A stretch of DNA of 64,000 bases from a bacterium (GCA_963662285.2 CAXXMV010000008.1:1152001-1216000); one strand, 5' to 3'; shown: positions 1 through 12,184, counted from the first letter of the stretch. Made by a program: numbers and translations. The notes: generated from the letters alone by a model not told the origin.

Positions 1-3000
1 GTGATCCACGGCGCTTCCGGCTGCGGAAAGACCGCCTTGTTGGCGTGCGCATCTCAAGAAGTGGCCAAGACCCGAAAACGGATCGAACGCTTCATCGGCG
101 TCGCGCCACGGTCGTCTGACCTCCGTTCGTTACTAAGCAGCCTCTGCCAGGAATTGCGGCAGCGGAACCCGCGCACAGACGTGCTTCCCACCGAGATCAA
201 GGAGTTACGTGACGAATTCTCCCGGCATTTGCAGGTCGCCACACCGGAGCAACCACTGATCCTGTTTCTAGACGCCCTTGACCAACTTGCTGATGCCGAC
301 AATGGCCGGCTGCTGCACTGGCTGCCGCTTGGCTCGTTGCCAGCCCATGTTAAGCTCGTTGTTTCCTGCTTATCCGACCGGGCCGATGGTGATCTCGCCG
401 GGCAACCGTACGCCGAACTCAAGCACCGCCAAATCCCGACCGAGAATTTCATCAATCTGAACGTTCTCTCGGAAGCCGAAGCTCGCTTGTTACTTTTCGA
501 CCGGTGGCTCCCTAATACGGGCCGCAAGGTCAGTGATGATCAGCGGGCACAAATCGAGCAACGCCTTGCATCTCCGACATGCCGCCAGCCAATCTTCCTG
601 AAGATGCTTTTCGAGGAAGTCCGATTCTGGCATTCCTACGATCCAGCGCCGGTGCCGGGCGAGAGCGTCCCCGCGCTTCTTGGACAACTCTTCGACCGGC
701 TCAGCCTTGAGACGAACCACGGTCCGCTGTTGGTGAATCGCGTGCTGGGTTATCTTTCTGCATCCCGGCATGGATTGGCGGAAAATGAGATTCTGGAGAT
801 CCTGTTCGCCGACCCCGAGTACCGAGCCAAGCTCAACGAAGCCACCGAACAGACCCGGCAGGAGCTGCCGCCCAATGCCAAGCGCATTCCGATTACTCTG
901 TGGTCCCGGCTCCGGTTTGATCTTGCCCCTTACCTCACCGAGCGGGCCGCACCCGGCGCCAATGTGCTGACTTTCTACCACCGACAAGTCGGTGAGGCCG
1001 CTCGTGGTAAATACATGAGTGGTGACAACGAACTTCGTTCCCATCGCGCTCTGGCCGGGTATTTCCACAAACAGCACAATTACCTAGAATCAATAATAGA
1101 ACAGCATGCGCATGCAAGCCACCCATCAACTATGTCACGCCAGGCAAATCTACGGAAGGTGGATGAGCTTCCTTGGCAACGGTTACAAGCCCAGCAGTGG
1201 GATAAATTAGGAAGACTCCTGACCGATGTGTCTTTCCTCGAAGCCAAGGTCGCGGCGGGGATGCTTCATTCTCTAATCGAGGATTACAACAGCGCGTTTA
1301 AAGCAAGTGGCAACACCAAAGTAAGCGAATGGAGTTCTGATCGTCGAAGTTTTGGCATGAGTTTCTTCCTGCGGGCACTGCGAAAGAACGCAGAATTTAT
1401 TTCCGATGTGCCCACAGCAACCCGAACCCAGCTAATCCTCACTGGACTGAACGAGGCCTTTGATCACAAACTCCTGGTGGGGAGATTTGCGGAAAAATCT
1501 CTGCTCGTGCCCTCGCGCGCCCCCGCAGAGATTGCTAATCCGCACTCCGAAGAAGTCGTCTCTGTAACAGCAAGTGGTGACTGCCAAAGAGTCGCAACCT
1601 GCGATCTTCGCGGGCAGGTTATCATCTGGGATGTCATGAAGCGACGCTGGTTAACGCGGTATACTGCAGTCAAAGGCAGAGCAGAGGTTGTCTGCTTCCT
1701 CGACCTTGGTGGTGTGCTTTTGGCTGCCGCATGTGAGGACGGTTCAATCTACATTGCCGAATCAAGCACCGGCGACCAGCGCGCAAGGCTGTGTAAACAC
1801 AAATCTCAACTCTTGGCTCTCACGAGCAATGGAACTTACTTCGCTTCCGGTGGTGTTGATGAAAGAGTCTTTCTTTGGGAAACCAGATCTTTGCGGTTCT
1901 TGACTGAAGTTGGTGAGTCCAAAGGCCGCGGTATGATTCAATCTTTGGCTTTCGGTGCCGGACATTATCTCTTGGTTGGCACCCACACAGGTCGAGTCGA
2001 GTGTTGGGATCTGAGCAGCCCTACCGCTCCGAAACTATGCTATCAGTTCAACTTGCCGACGCCATCGAATCGTTTGGGGCCGTCTAGCATTGAGCAAGTA
2101 GCTTTTGTTCCTCGGACACGCTATGCGTGTGTTTCTGACTGGGAACCGAAAATCACGATTTTCGATGCGATTTCGGGTCAGTCGCTTAATCAGGTCAGAC
2201 ATCCCGGCAGTTATGCACCCCGGTTTGCCCCGACACAGGACGGGAAGACGCTAGTCTGTTCACATGATAAAGGGTTAATGGCTTTTGCAGTTCCCAGCGG
2301 TCAACATCTGTGGAAGATTGACGCGGACATGTGGAGTATTGGGAGCCTCGTGCTGTTGGAGGAGGATCGCAGTTCGTTCACTGGACACTCGGATAGTTCA
2401 GTAGCCATCTGGGATCTTGCTGATAGAAAACGGATTTGGGCACAGCCCGGCGTCCGCAACAGCGCCATATCGGCAGCGGCAATAGATCCAAGTCGCGCAA
2501 TCTGTGTTTCCGGAGGTACCGGAGGCCAAATCAGCGCCGTTGATTTGGAAACAGAGAAAACTCTGTACCATGTAAAGACGGACATTGGTTATGTGTGCGC
2601 TTTGGATGTCTGCGCAGTAAACAACGTTTTTGCCGCATTGGGTTGGAGTCGCTACACCATTGTGGCGTCAACCACCACGGGCCACGAAACCATGCGGTTC
2701 CCGACTGCTGAATTTGGACGAATGGTTTGCTTAAATCCACAAGGTGATCGCCTTGCTATCGGGTGCGAGCAAGACCTAACGGTATTTGATCTAGCAAGCC
2801 AAACTTCATTATTCAGAACTAAAGATGCCTTAACGGCTTGGATCGTCTCTGGTCTGTTTTCGGATAATCCAGATTTTTTATATCTCGGCGATTCCTGGGG
2901 GATTTGCCACGAAATTCAGTTGTCAACTGGAGGTGTGCGGCATCTCAATCCCGGCAACAACCAGATTCGCGGTTGGTGTCAATTCCTAACTGTACTGGAA

Positions 3001-3309
3001 GCCCAGAAATGCTTCATTTCGGCTGCGGGTAGCCAATTGTTTGTATGGGATTTGCTGTCTGGCTGTGTCCAGCGTAAACTCATCGGGCACCGAAGCGATG
3101 TATGCACAGGTACCCTCTCAAAGGATGGAAAATGGCTGATAACTGGCGACGAGCATGGCAGGATCATCTTATGGGAGACTGCCTCTTGGAGAATTGTCGG
3201 CGGGGCATTGCTTCAAGCCCCAATCCGTGTGCTTACATTTGACCAGATTCGATCATGTCTGTGGGCCGTGGACGCCGCAAGAGGAATATATCAATTCGCT
3301 TTGCAGTGA
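1..3309 (+). CDS. NACHT/STAND NTPase-WD40 repeat protein (NWD copy 1), 5'-partial
   Basis: Walker A GASGCGKT, Walker B LFLDALDQL, FYHRQ and RKVDELPWQ motifs, many WD repeats (..IWD, GH..); begins before the window. Confidence 0.9.
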   Translation: MIHGASGCGKTALLACASQEVAKTRKRIERFIGVAPRSSDLRSLLSSLCQELRQRNPRTDVLPTEIKELRDEFSRHLQVATPEQPLILFLDALDQLADADNGRLLHWLPLGSLPAHVKLVVSCLSDRADGDLAGQPYAELKHRQIPTENFINLNVLSEAEARLLLFDRWLPNTGRKVSDDQRAQIEQRLASPTCRQPIFLKMLFEEVRFWHSYDPAPVPGESVPALLGQLFDRLSLETNHGPLLVNRVLGYLSASRHGLAENEILEILFADPEYRAKLNEATEQTRQELPPNAKRIPITLWSRLRFDLAPYLTERAAPGANVLTFYHRQVGEAARGKYMSGDNELRSHRALAGYFHKQHNYLESIIEQHAHASHPSTMSRQANLRKVDELPWQRLQAQQWDKLGRLLTDVSFLEAKVAAGMLHSLIEDYNSAFKASGNTKVSEWSSDRRSFGMSFFLRALRKNAEFISDVPTATRTQLILTGLNEAFDHKLLVGRFAEKSLLVPSRAPAEIANPHSEEVVSVTASGDCQRVATCDLRGQVIIWDVMKRRWLTRYTAVKGRAEVVCFLDLGGVLLAAACEDGSIYIAESSTGDQRARLCKHKSQLLALTSNGTYFASGGVDERVFLWETRSLRFLTEVGESKGRGMIQSLAFGAGHYLLVGTHTGRVECWDLSSPTAPKLCYQFNLPTPSNRLGPSSIEQVAFVPRTRYACVSDWEPKITIFDAISGQSLNQVRHPGSYAPRFAPTQDGKTLVCSHDKGLMAFAVPSGQHLWKIDADMWSIGSLVLLEEDRSSFTGHSDSSVAIWDLADRKRIWAQPGVRNSAISAAAIDPSRAICVSGGTGGQISAVDLETEKTLYHVKTDIGYVCALDVCAVNNVFAALGWSRYTIVASTTTGHETMRFPTAEFGRMVCLNPQGDRLAIGCEQDLTVFDLASQTSLFRTKDALTAWIVSGLFSDNPDFLYLGDSWGICHEIQLSTGGVRHLNPGNNQIRGWCQFLTVLEAQKCFISAAGSQLFVWDLLSGCVQRKLIGHRSDVCTGTLSKDGKWLITGDEHGRIILWETASWRIVGGALLQAPIRVLTFDQIRSCLWAVDAARGIYQFALQ

Positions 3310-3315
3310 AACAAC

Positions 3316-3600
3316 ATGAATGCCACCTGCAAAATCGCCCACATTTTCATCAGCAGCACCTTCTGCGACATGCACGCGGTGCGGAACCACCTGTTCACAT
3401 CTGTGTTCCAGGACTTGCGGAAGCGGGTGGAACAGTTGGGGATGGAGTTCTTAGATGTGGACCTGTTCTGGGCTTGCCGGCCATAGACTTCGATGGGGAG
3501 ACTGCCAACTCCTAGCAATACTGTCGGTAATGGATCGATCGGGTCGAGCCGTTCTTCGTCCTCATCCTCGGCCAACGCTACGGCCGGGTGCCCGAGTCGA
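3316..3600 (+). pseudogene. Degenerate DUF4062 N-terminal fragment
   Basis: ATG 3316 reads MNATCKIAHIFISSTFCDMHAVRNHL..DVDLFW; after a frameshift and stops reads WIDRVEPFFVLILGQRYGRVPE. Confidence 0.75.
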
Positions 3601-3651
3601 GCTACTTCCGCAACACAACCATTCAGCAAGTGCAGTTAGGAGTTCTCGCTC

Positions 3652-4040
3652 ATGAGTGATACCAGAATACAGGCTCGCCTCCGCCCCGTCGTTCGGGTGT
3701 TTGTCAGTTCGACGTTCAGCGACATGAAACATGAGCGGAACGCTTTGGAGGCCGATGCCTTTCCGAAACTGGAGCAGCTCTGTCAGCGTCATGGGTTTCA
3801 GTTCCAAGCCATCGATCTGCGCTGGGGCGTCTCGACTGAAGCTGGGCTGGATCACCGAACGATGCAGATTTGCTACGAGGAATTGCGCCGGTCGCAAGAG
3901 ATTTCCCCGGAACCAAATTTCCTTATCTTGCTGGGCAACCGCTATGGATGGCGGCCTTTGCCAGAAGCGATCTCACAGAAAGAATATGAAAATCTTCGCA
4001 ATGCAGCAATGGAATGCGATAAAGACGGCAAGGCTATCAT
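3652..4040 (+). pseudogene. 5' part (DUF4062 domain) of NWD copy 2, interrupted by IS21
   Basis: VRVFVSSTFSDMKHERNAL..IDLRWGV..LLGNRYGWRPLP; rejoins in frame with 6850 onward when the IS and one ATCAT are removed. Confidence 0.9.
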
Positions 4041-4225
4041 TGCAGATTTCGGGCCAAATCGGCACCTGAATTCGGAGTAAATCGGCACCCCATTTCGGAG
4101 TAATCGGCAGGGGGTGATTGTGAAGGAGATTTTCGGCGGAAAATTGATCGTTTGCAGCACTGGGTCAATCAAACCATAAGGGCATAGTAGGCTTCATGCC
4201 AATGCGCATAGATTGGGAGAAGCCG

Positions 4226-5767
4226 ATGCCGAAGGAGAGATTGTCCATGCGGAAAATCAAAGAGATACTACGATTAAAATGGGAGTGTGGTCTGAGTAAG
4301 AAGAAGATCGCTCAGAGTTGTGGCATGTCACGCAGCACTGTGGGGGATTATCTGATGCGAGCCGGAGCGGCAGGGCTATCCTGGCCGTTGCCGGAAGATC
4401 TGACTGAATCGGAATTGGAGAAGCGGCTCTTTTCCAGCCCCCCCGGACGTTCGCCCGTGCAACGCCCGTTACCCGATTGTGCGTTGATTCATAAAGAGAA
4501 TAAGAGGAAGGGCGTCACTCTGGCGCTGTTGTGGACGGAATATAAACAAGAACATCCGGATGGGTATCAATACACGCAATTTTGTGAGCATTACCGCCGC
4601 TGGAGGGATCGTCTCGATACCTGTCTGCGCCAAGAGCATAAGGCGGGGGAAAAATTGTTTGTGGATTACTGTGGACAGACCATCCCAGTGATCGACCGAA
4701 CGACAGGCGAAGAGAGAGAAGCGCAGATTTTCGTGGCGGCGTTGGGGGCCTCGAATTACACCTATGCGGAAGCGACGTGGACGCAGCAGCTCCCCGACTG
4801 GATTGGAGCGCATGCGCGGGCGTTGGAATATATCAACGGTTGTCCGGAGGTTCTGGTCCCCGACAATCTCCGAAGCGGCGTCAGCCAGGCCTGCCGGTAC
4901 GAACCCGACATCAACCCCACCTATCAAGCGTTTGCGGCCCATTATGGGATCGCGGTGATCCCGGCCCGTGTGCGAAAAGCCCGTGACAAAGCCAAGGTCG
5001 AAAAGAGCGTTCAACTGGTCGAGAACTGGATACTGGCCCGCTTGAGGAATCAAACATTCTTCAGTTTATCCGAACTCAATCAGGCCATTCGTGAGCATTT
5101 GCAGGCTCTCAACGACCATCCGTTTCAGAAATTGAACGAGACCCGCCGGTCCTTGTATGAATCCGTGGATCGTCCGGCGCTGCGTCCGCTCCCGGTCACG
5201 CCGTTCGAGTATGCGGACTGGAAGCAAGTGACGGTGGGGAACGATTACCATGTGGAAGTGGAGCGGCATTATTACAGCGTTCCGTCCACGCACGTCCGCC
5301 GGAAAGTCGAAATCCGCTATACCGCCCGGATCGTGGAGATTTATTGGCGGGGGGAACGGGTCGCCAGTCATATCCGCAACCATCGGCAAGGCGGTTGCAC
5401 CACGGTTCGCGAACATATGCCCAAAGAGCATCGCGAGGTTCTCGATTGGACGCCGGAGCGCCTGCAGGACGAGGCCGCGGGCATTGGCGCATTCACGGGA
5501 CGCCTGATCGAACGGGTGTTTGAGTGCAGTCGGCATCCGCTGCAAGGCGCACGAACGAGTTTGGGGATTCTGCGTCTCGGCCAGTCGTTTGGCCCGGACC
5601 GGTTGGAGCGCGCCTGTGAGCGTGCGTTGTTGATTCAAGCCCTCACCTACAAGAGCATTCGCTCGATTCTCAAGAAAGGATTGGACCGTCTTCCTCCACC
5701 CGGGCCGCCGCCTCCGGCGCTCACCATTCAGCATGACAACATACGCGGCGCTCAGTATTTCCACTAA
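4226..5767 (+). CDS. istA: IS21 transposase IstA
   Basis: N-terminal HTH, LFVDYCG, VPDNL, DKAKVE (DDE), C-terminal HDNIRGAQYFH; alternative start 4196. Confidence 0.95.
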   Translation: MPKERLSMRKIKEILRLKWECGLSKKKIAQSCGMSRSTVGDYLMRAGAAGLSWPLPEDLTESELEKRLFSSPPGRSPVQRPLPDCALIHKENKRKGVTLALLWTEYKQEHPDGYQYTQFCEHYRRWRDRLDTCLRQEHKAGEKLFVDYCGQTIPVIDRTTGEEREAQIFVAALGASNYTYAEATWTQQLPDWIGAHARALEYINGCPEVLVPDNLRSGVSQACRYEPDINPTYQAFAAHYGIAVIPARVRKARDKAKVEKSVQLVENWILARLRNQTFFSLSELNQAIREHLQALNDHPFQKLNETRRSLYESVDRPALRPLPVTPFEYADWKQVTVGNDYHVEVERHYYSVPSTHVRRKVEIRYTARIVEIYWRGERVASHIRNHRQGGCTTVREHMPKEHREVLDWTPERLQDEAAGIGAFTGRLIERVFECSRHPLQGARTSLGILRLGQSFGPDRLERACERALLIQALTYKSIRSILKKGLDRLPPPGPPPPALTIQHDNIRGAQYFH

Positions 5768-5813
5768 AGCCAGCAGCGATGGCTGCTTTTAAAACCTGGA
5801 AGGAGACGAATTC

Positions 5814-6629
5814 ATGCTTACACACCCTACTCTGGAAAAAATGAAAGCCATGCGGCTTTACGGCATGGCCAAGGCCTTTGAAGAACAATTACAGATGGCA
5901 GATATTGGCGAGCTCCGGTTTGAAGACCGGCTCGGACTGTTGATGGATCGCGAGGAAAGTGAAAAAAACAACCGCTTGCTGCAATCGCGATTGCGCAAAG
6001 CGAAACTGGCGCAGTCGGCCTGTGTGGAAAACCTCGATCTGGCGGCGCGGCGCGGATTGGATCGAACGCTCATCGCGAAACTCATCGCGTGCGATTGGAT
6101 TGGGGAGCGCTTGAACGTGATCGCAACGGGTCCCACCGGTACGGGGAAAAGTTATTTATCTTGTGCTCTGGGCCAAAAAGCCTGCCGGGAAAGATACACC
6201 GTGGAATACCATCGCGCTCCCCGGCTCTTTCCAGAACTTCACTTGGCGAAAGGCGATGGCCGTTACGAGGCGATTCTGCGCCGCCTGGCCAAAACCGATT
6301 TAGTCATCCTCGATGATTGGGGACTCTATGTCATGAACGATGAAGCGCGCCGCGATTGTTTGGAACTCCTCGAAGATCGTTGCGGCAAACGTTCGACTCT
6401 CGTTACCAGTCAAATTCCGATCCAGCACTGGCACGAAACCATTGGCGATCCGACTCTGGCCGATGCCATTCTGGACCGCCTCGTACATAACGCATACAAG
6501 ATCGAACTGAAAGGAGAATCCATGCGTAAACGGAACAAGAAACTGGAAACAGAAAACAGCGAAGATCATGAAATCAATGAACTCGAACCAAAATCAAGGA
6601 GCAATAAGGCTCAGAAGGGGTCAAAATAA
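5814..6629 (+). CDS. istB: IS21 helper ATPase IstB
   Basis: GPTGTGKS, LVILDDWG, ADAILDRLVHNA..GESMR. Confidence 0.95.
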   Translation: MLTHPTLEKMKAMRLYGMAKAFEEQLQMADIGELRFEDRLGLLMDREESEKNNRLLQSRLRKAKLAQSACVENLDLAARRGLDRTLIAKLIACDWIGERLNVIATGPTGTGKSYLSCALGQKACRERYTVEYHRAPRLFPELHLAKGDGRYEAILRRLAKTDLVILDDWGLYVMNDEARRDCLELLEDRCGKRSTLVTSQIPIQHWHETIGDPTLADAILDRLVHNAYKIELKGESMRKRNKKLETENSEDHEINELEPKSRSNKAQKGSK

Positions 6630-6849
6630 AATCAACAAAAGGGGGGTAACTCCATTCGGCCTACGGCCTCACTCCGTTACCCCCCTTTTAACGCGAAGAA
6701 TGATGAGAGTATGATGAAAATACGACCCAACGCTGCTGGGATATCAAAGGGTGTCGGAAGGCTCCGAATTAGGGTGCCGATTTACTCCGAAATGCCCTGC
6801 CGGTTTAATCCCGGATTCCCCTGTCGTTTTAACCGAAATCCGCAATCAT

Positions 6850-9800
6850 CAAAGGAATAGGTGACAAGTCAGCCGAACAGATACTCAAAGAATGGTATCG
6901 ACTCGATGAAAATATTCTCCCCTCCGATCGAACACGGGATGATCCTGACTGCGCGCCACTGAACTACATACTGCAATCACGTCTACAAGTTGTTGATGGG
7001 CATCTAAAGTATGGTCGTAGGAAGAAAGTCTCAGGCATGGGAGACGAAGACACGCCAGAATGGATTGCCGTCCAGAATGTTCTCTGGAATATGATCAACG
7101 CAGCATTTCCAGCTGATGCCCGTTTCAAAAACCGCTTCAAAAACATTGATGGGAACAAGCATATCCAGGATGTCGACAGTACACTAGACCCCAAGCGCAC
7201 CGTACCACAGATCGTGCGTTTCCAGGGCTCCGCGACCGAGCAAGAGATATGGAGCGGCGCTCTTAGCGTCCCACATGCCGATCAACACGTCTTGGCGTTT
7301 TTCCGGGAGATCGAGAACCGCGTCGCCTTCTCCGATCCGAAGCAGATTGAGAACTTCGTTGATGTGGACCCGTCCGGTACACTCCAGATTGAGCAGTTGA
7401 AGGCAGAACTTCGCCTGCGGTTGGGCAGTTCGAATCTTTTCCCCAACAAGGTCCCCGTCCGGTTAGTGAAGGCTCAAGATAATCAGGGCAGCCTAACCTT
7501 TGATATCACGACGGATCACCTAGCCCCGCTTTGCGCCGATGTGGTAACGCGGATGACGGAGATCATCCAAGGTCAGATCGACGAGTATTGGCGCAAGACC
7601 GAGCCAGCCTCCATGGACCGTGCTGTGCGTGATTTGGAAATCGAACAGAACGAATACGAACGGTTCGCCAAGGAGCGTGGCGGTGAGGAATCGTTCGTTG
7701 GCCGAAGTGACCTTCTGGAAAGTATTCGATCTTATATAAAAAACGATTCGCCTTATCCACTCGTGATTTACGGTGATTCCGGTTGCGGCAAGACCGCCCT
7801 CTTAGCGAGAGCCTACCAGGAGATCCCTTCGAAGGAGAAGCCAATCATACGTTTCATTGGAACGACGCCTCGTTCTTCCGATGTCCGATCTTTGCTAAAA
7901 AGCCTCTGTCAGGAACTCCGCGAGCGACATCCCATCACCGAAACACTTTCCTCAGATGTTCGTGAATTAATGCAAGAATTCCGTCAACATCTCGATATGG
8001 CAACATCCGAGAAGCCTGTCATTTTATTCCTCGATGCACTCGATCAACTTTCCGAAGCGGACAATGGTCGTCAATTATCTTGGATTCCGTTTGGCCAATT
8101 ACCGAGTCATGTAAAGATCGTGGTATCGTGTTTCTTTAATGAAGACGAAAACGATCCTGTCAGCCAACCGTACGCCGAACTCAAGCGCCGCCAAATCCCG
8201 ACCGAGAATTTCATCAACCTCGACGTTCTCTCAGAGGCCGAAGCTCACTTGCTACTTTTCGACCGGTGGCTCCCCAAGGCGGGTCGCAAGGTCAGTGACG
8301 ATCAGCGGACGCGAATCGAGCAACGCCTTGCATCTCCGGCCTGCCGCCAGCCAATCTTCCTGAAACTGCTTTTCGAGGAAGTCCAACTCTGGCATTCCTA
8401 CGATCCGGCGCCGGTGCCGGGTGAGAGCGTCTCCACGCTTCTCGGACAACTCTTCGACCGGCTAAGCCTACCGACAAACCACGGTCCGCTGTTGGTGAAT
8501 CGCGTGCTGGGTTATCTGTCCGCATCCCGGCATGGATTGGCGGAAAACGAGATTCTGGAGATCCTCTTCGCTGACCCTGAGTACAAAGAGAAACTCAAGG
8601 AGGACAACAAGCGAAATCGCCATGAGCTGCCGCCCAACGCAACTCGCATCCCCATTGCGCTGTGGTCTCGGCTCCGGTTTGACCTTGCGCCATACCTTAC
8701 TGAGCGGGCTGCACCCGGTGCCAATGTGCTGACGTTCTATCATCGGCAGCTGGCAGAATGGGCATGCTGCTCTTCTTCAGAGGTGTTGACTCAGGATTGG
8801 CGTCCGCATCAACGACTGGCTGAATACTATGAGAAGCAGGTCTTTTTCGACAACTATGTCGAAGAACAGCGACTGTGTTCAGATGATGTAGTTGCAATTC
8901 CTCATCTTGCGAATGTTCGCAAAGTAACGGAATTGCCTTGGCAGAGACTGAAAGAAGCCCAACTTACGAGTCAATGGAATGAGGTAGGGGCCTTATTTAC
9001 AGACTTGATGTTTTTTGAGGCGAAATCTGGTGCTGGGCTCATCTTTGAGCTTACAGATGAACTCAGAACGGCTGCGGACACCATGCCACAACATCATCCG
9101 CAGAAGCATCTCATCAAAATCCTCGATAAAGCGCTCCGTCGGGATATTCACTTTATTGCGCGACATCGGAACGATTACCCGCAGGCGTTGTTCCAATGCC
9201 TTTGGAATTCGTGCGGGTGTCCGTACACCGAGAAGACTCGTGCTAAGGATCTAAAACACACTAGTATCGAGGTAGAGGAGCATTTGTCGTCTGCTTTGCA
9301 TGCTTTATTGGATTCATGGCGACTCCTCAAAACGGCAACCACTATCTGGTGTGAGGCTCTTCAGTCACCTGTGATCCCACCGACTCACTTGCCAGACCTA
9401 ATCTTGGAGGGGCACACCGGCATAATCATGAAGCCGGTTTTCAGCCCGGATTGCCTTAGAATTGCGACTTCTGCCCCTTTGGAAGGCAAAATTCGTATCT
9501 GGGATGTTTCTAGCGGGGTCTGCCTCCGCACGCTTGTGACTGGGGGTACGAATGGTCCTGCAGTCTGGTCTCCCGACAATCGCCACATTGCAGTAACAAC
9601 ATCCCAAGACAAAATGATCATCTGGGACTGGTATCTTGACAGAATTGAGAATGTTGTCGACCTACCGAGTTCTGAATGTGATGCGGTTGGAATTGGGATC
9701 GCTGTCTCACCGGATGGCAAGTATGTTGCCGTCTCGCATCGTTATGGGCTTGTTGTCATCTGCGACTTCCACTCTGGATCTGTGTTATCCCAAGTTCATT

Positions 9801-12184
9801 TTTCCGAGAGCTCCGTGTTTCTAATGGAGTTTTCCAGTGACGGGTCTTCGCTGGCTGTTGCCTCGTATGCCTCGTATGCCTCGTATGACTCCATGGTTCG
9901 ATATTTGGAAGTACCTTCTCTTGCTGAACAGCGGTCGATCCGGATCAACAACCTGTCATCGTGCGCGATGCTGCCTGAAGGTAATGTGCTTGCTGTTTGT
10001 GAAAAAGTGGTTGGGGAAGTTGGCTCACAAGTGATACTCTATGACGGTAGAACAGGGGTGATACGTGCAGTCGTGAACGACGGTACGTCAGCACAGTACG
10101 CAGAGCCACAATTTGTCGCATGCAGCGCTAATGGACAGCATGCTGCATTCATTCACAACCGAGGTGTGACTGTGATTGACCTAGATCGGGGCACGCGAGT
10201 CACGGCACCGATTCGCTTCGGCGCAACCGGATTCCCAAGCCTCTCAGCGGATGGCCGGCTCCTCGCGCAAACAGATTTGGACCAAGTAATGATTTGGCGC
10301 CTGGACTCATTAGAACCATCGATGATCCCAAGGCTCGAATGGGAGGTCAGAGAGGTTGCCCCTAGTTCGTGTGGCCAGTTCGTCGCGGTGGCTACTGAGT
10401 CAGATTTCAAAGGTTCCCTCAATGAATCCCCATTCGTCATACTGGAAACGGCTTCGGGTACCCTCATCAGTGAATGGCAACATCCCGGATCACGGCCAAT
10501 AGCATTTGATTGCATTGCCTGGTTTCATCACTCTGCGAAGGTTGCGTTTGCGAGTCACGGAGGAGGCCCAGTGTGGCTTTGGGGGCCTGATTGGACGAAC
10601 AACCTCTGCAGATTTGACCTAAGGGCTGCTTGCTTGAAGATATTGGTCTCTCCGAACGACGCTTGGATCGGTTGCACTTGCAAGGATGGGATGATCCAAC
10701 TAATCCAAGTTTGTCGCGCCGGGATGGCTGGTGTACGAACGCTTTTCACAAGTGAGCGCGGTGATCTTGAGGGCGGAGCAGATACGCCCCTAGCCTTCTC
10801 GTCGGACAGCATGCTGCTTGCGGCGTCCATCGACCATGCTGTTTACGTTAATGATTGGTTGGTGGAGGCAGACGAAAACCCAATTTACATATACCAAATT
10901 TTCAGTCCTGACGCGATAGTCATCCTAAAAGGTCACGCTGCCGCCGCCACGTGCCTAGCCTTCAACTCGGACGGTAGCCTTCTCGCATCAGCGGCACGGA
11001 ACAAAGAGGTTAAAATCTGGGATGTGGCAACTGGACGAGAAATTCACACTCTAGCGAATCATGCTGGCTCGGTCGATGCAGTGGCTTTCACCGACAACGG
11101 AAGACAAGTTGTCAGCGTGGATTCTCGACAACGCACTTACCTTTGGAATGTAGATAATGGCGAGTTAGTCCAACAATGGGCTGGGGCGTTTGACGCGGTG
11201 GAATTCGCAGTTTACCGCAGCCAGCCTCTTGGCGACAAACCAAGCCTCCTAGGGTACCACTTGGGATGTGAATTCCAAGTGGTTAATCCAGAGAATCTGG
11301 CGGTGAATGCAGCGCTGCCGACGCATTTCAACGACGCTTTGTTGTTTCTTCCTCAGACCCAGAGATTCATCCGATGGAATGCCGGCTTGTTAGAACTGTA
11401 TCGAGTTGGGGAGACTAAAAACCACACCAAGCCATCGGAATCCCCTTCCATATTCCGACCGGAAGTTCCTATTGACAAATTTCAACAGAGATGTCGGCTT
11501 TGTGGGCCGCACAACGGTAATTGCAGAATTTGCGGTGGGAAGAAATACATTGAGGCCCGTCACGATGTATCCCACTTGCGCTTCGAACTCCTAAGAAAAA
11601 AATGTCCTGCCTGTGATGGAACCGGGAAATGCTACATCTGTCATGCACGAAAGGCTGTCTCCGGGAAAGCTCCGCTTGTTGCTAATCCGACTGCTTTGCG
11701 CGGCCACCTGCGGCACCTACTCACCGACCAGCACTGGCAAAAGCATCTACAGACACAAAACGAATCAATCCGGGATTTACTGAATATCATAGGAACGGCA
11801 AAGAATCGGCACGAAGCCGCAGAATTACTCTCTCGATTGGATCTCCTGCAACTGTGGCTCTTGGGTCTTATAGGAGGTGCTCGAAGGACCGCGGGCTGGG
11901 ATCTCTACGATTTGCTAGGACGGCTCCGTCGACTCCAGGTACCGTTTCTTACTGTCCAAGAGGCGATGTTCTCCCTTGAAGAACTCGGGGTACTTCAACG
12001 TGAAATACGATGGCGCAATCGCGAGCCATACGAAGTCATGATCGTCAAACCCGAGAGTCACATCCGTTTTCTGTGCAATTTTCTCGCGGACATTCGGATA
12101 GACCTGAGTGAACCACCTAAGCCCAGTAGGCCCGTCGCATTGGATGACGGAGAAAAAACTGACGAGCAAGATTCCATTTGGTAA
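6850..12184 (+). pseudogene. 3' part of NWD copy 2: NACHT-WD40 with C-terminal Cys-rich zinc finger (open ORF 7037-12184)
   Basis: Frame open from the IS junction (KGIGDKSAEQILKEWYRLDEN); GDSGCGKT, LFLDALDQL, WD40 repeats, CRLC..CRICGG..CPACDGTGKCYIC; reconstructed gene about 1907 aa. Confidence 0.9.
9860..9886 (+). repeat. In-frame 9-bp tandem repeat (GCCTCGTAT)x3
   Basis: Encodes ASYASYASY within the WD40 region. Confidence 0.9.

Larger units (their letters stand above)
4041..6844 (+). mobile_element. IS21-family insertion sequence, complete (2804 bp)
   Basis: Ends TGCAGATTTCGG / CCGAAATCCGCA with internal repeated motifs (AATCGGCAC..TTCGGAGTAA); 5-bp target duplication ATCAT at 4036-4040 and 6845-6849; istA and istB inside. 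Confidence 0.96.

Noticed and set aside
4041-4115. CRISPR-like short repeats
   Set aside because: These are the internal repeats of the IS21 left end, mirrored at 6770-6844; there are no spacers and no cas genes
6637-6689. Strong hairpin as a novel ncRNA
   Set aside because: Lies inside IS21 just after istB; most simply an element terminator
403-8746. Diversity-generating retroelement TR/VR pair to explain the NWD repeats
   Set aside because: Differences are not adenine-specific, both copies are coding, and no reverse transcriptase is in the window
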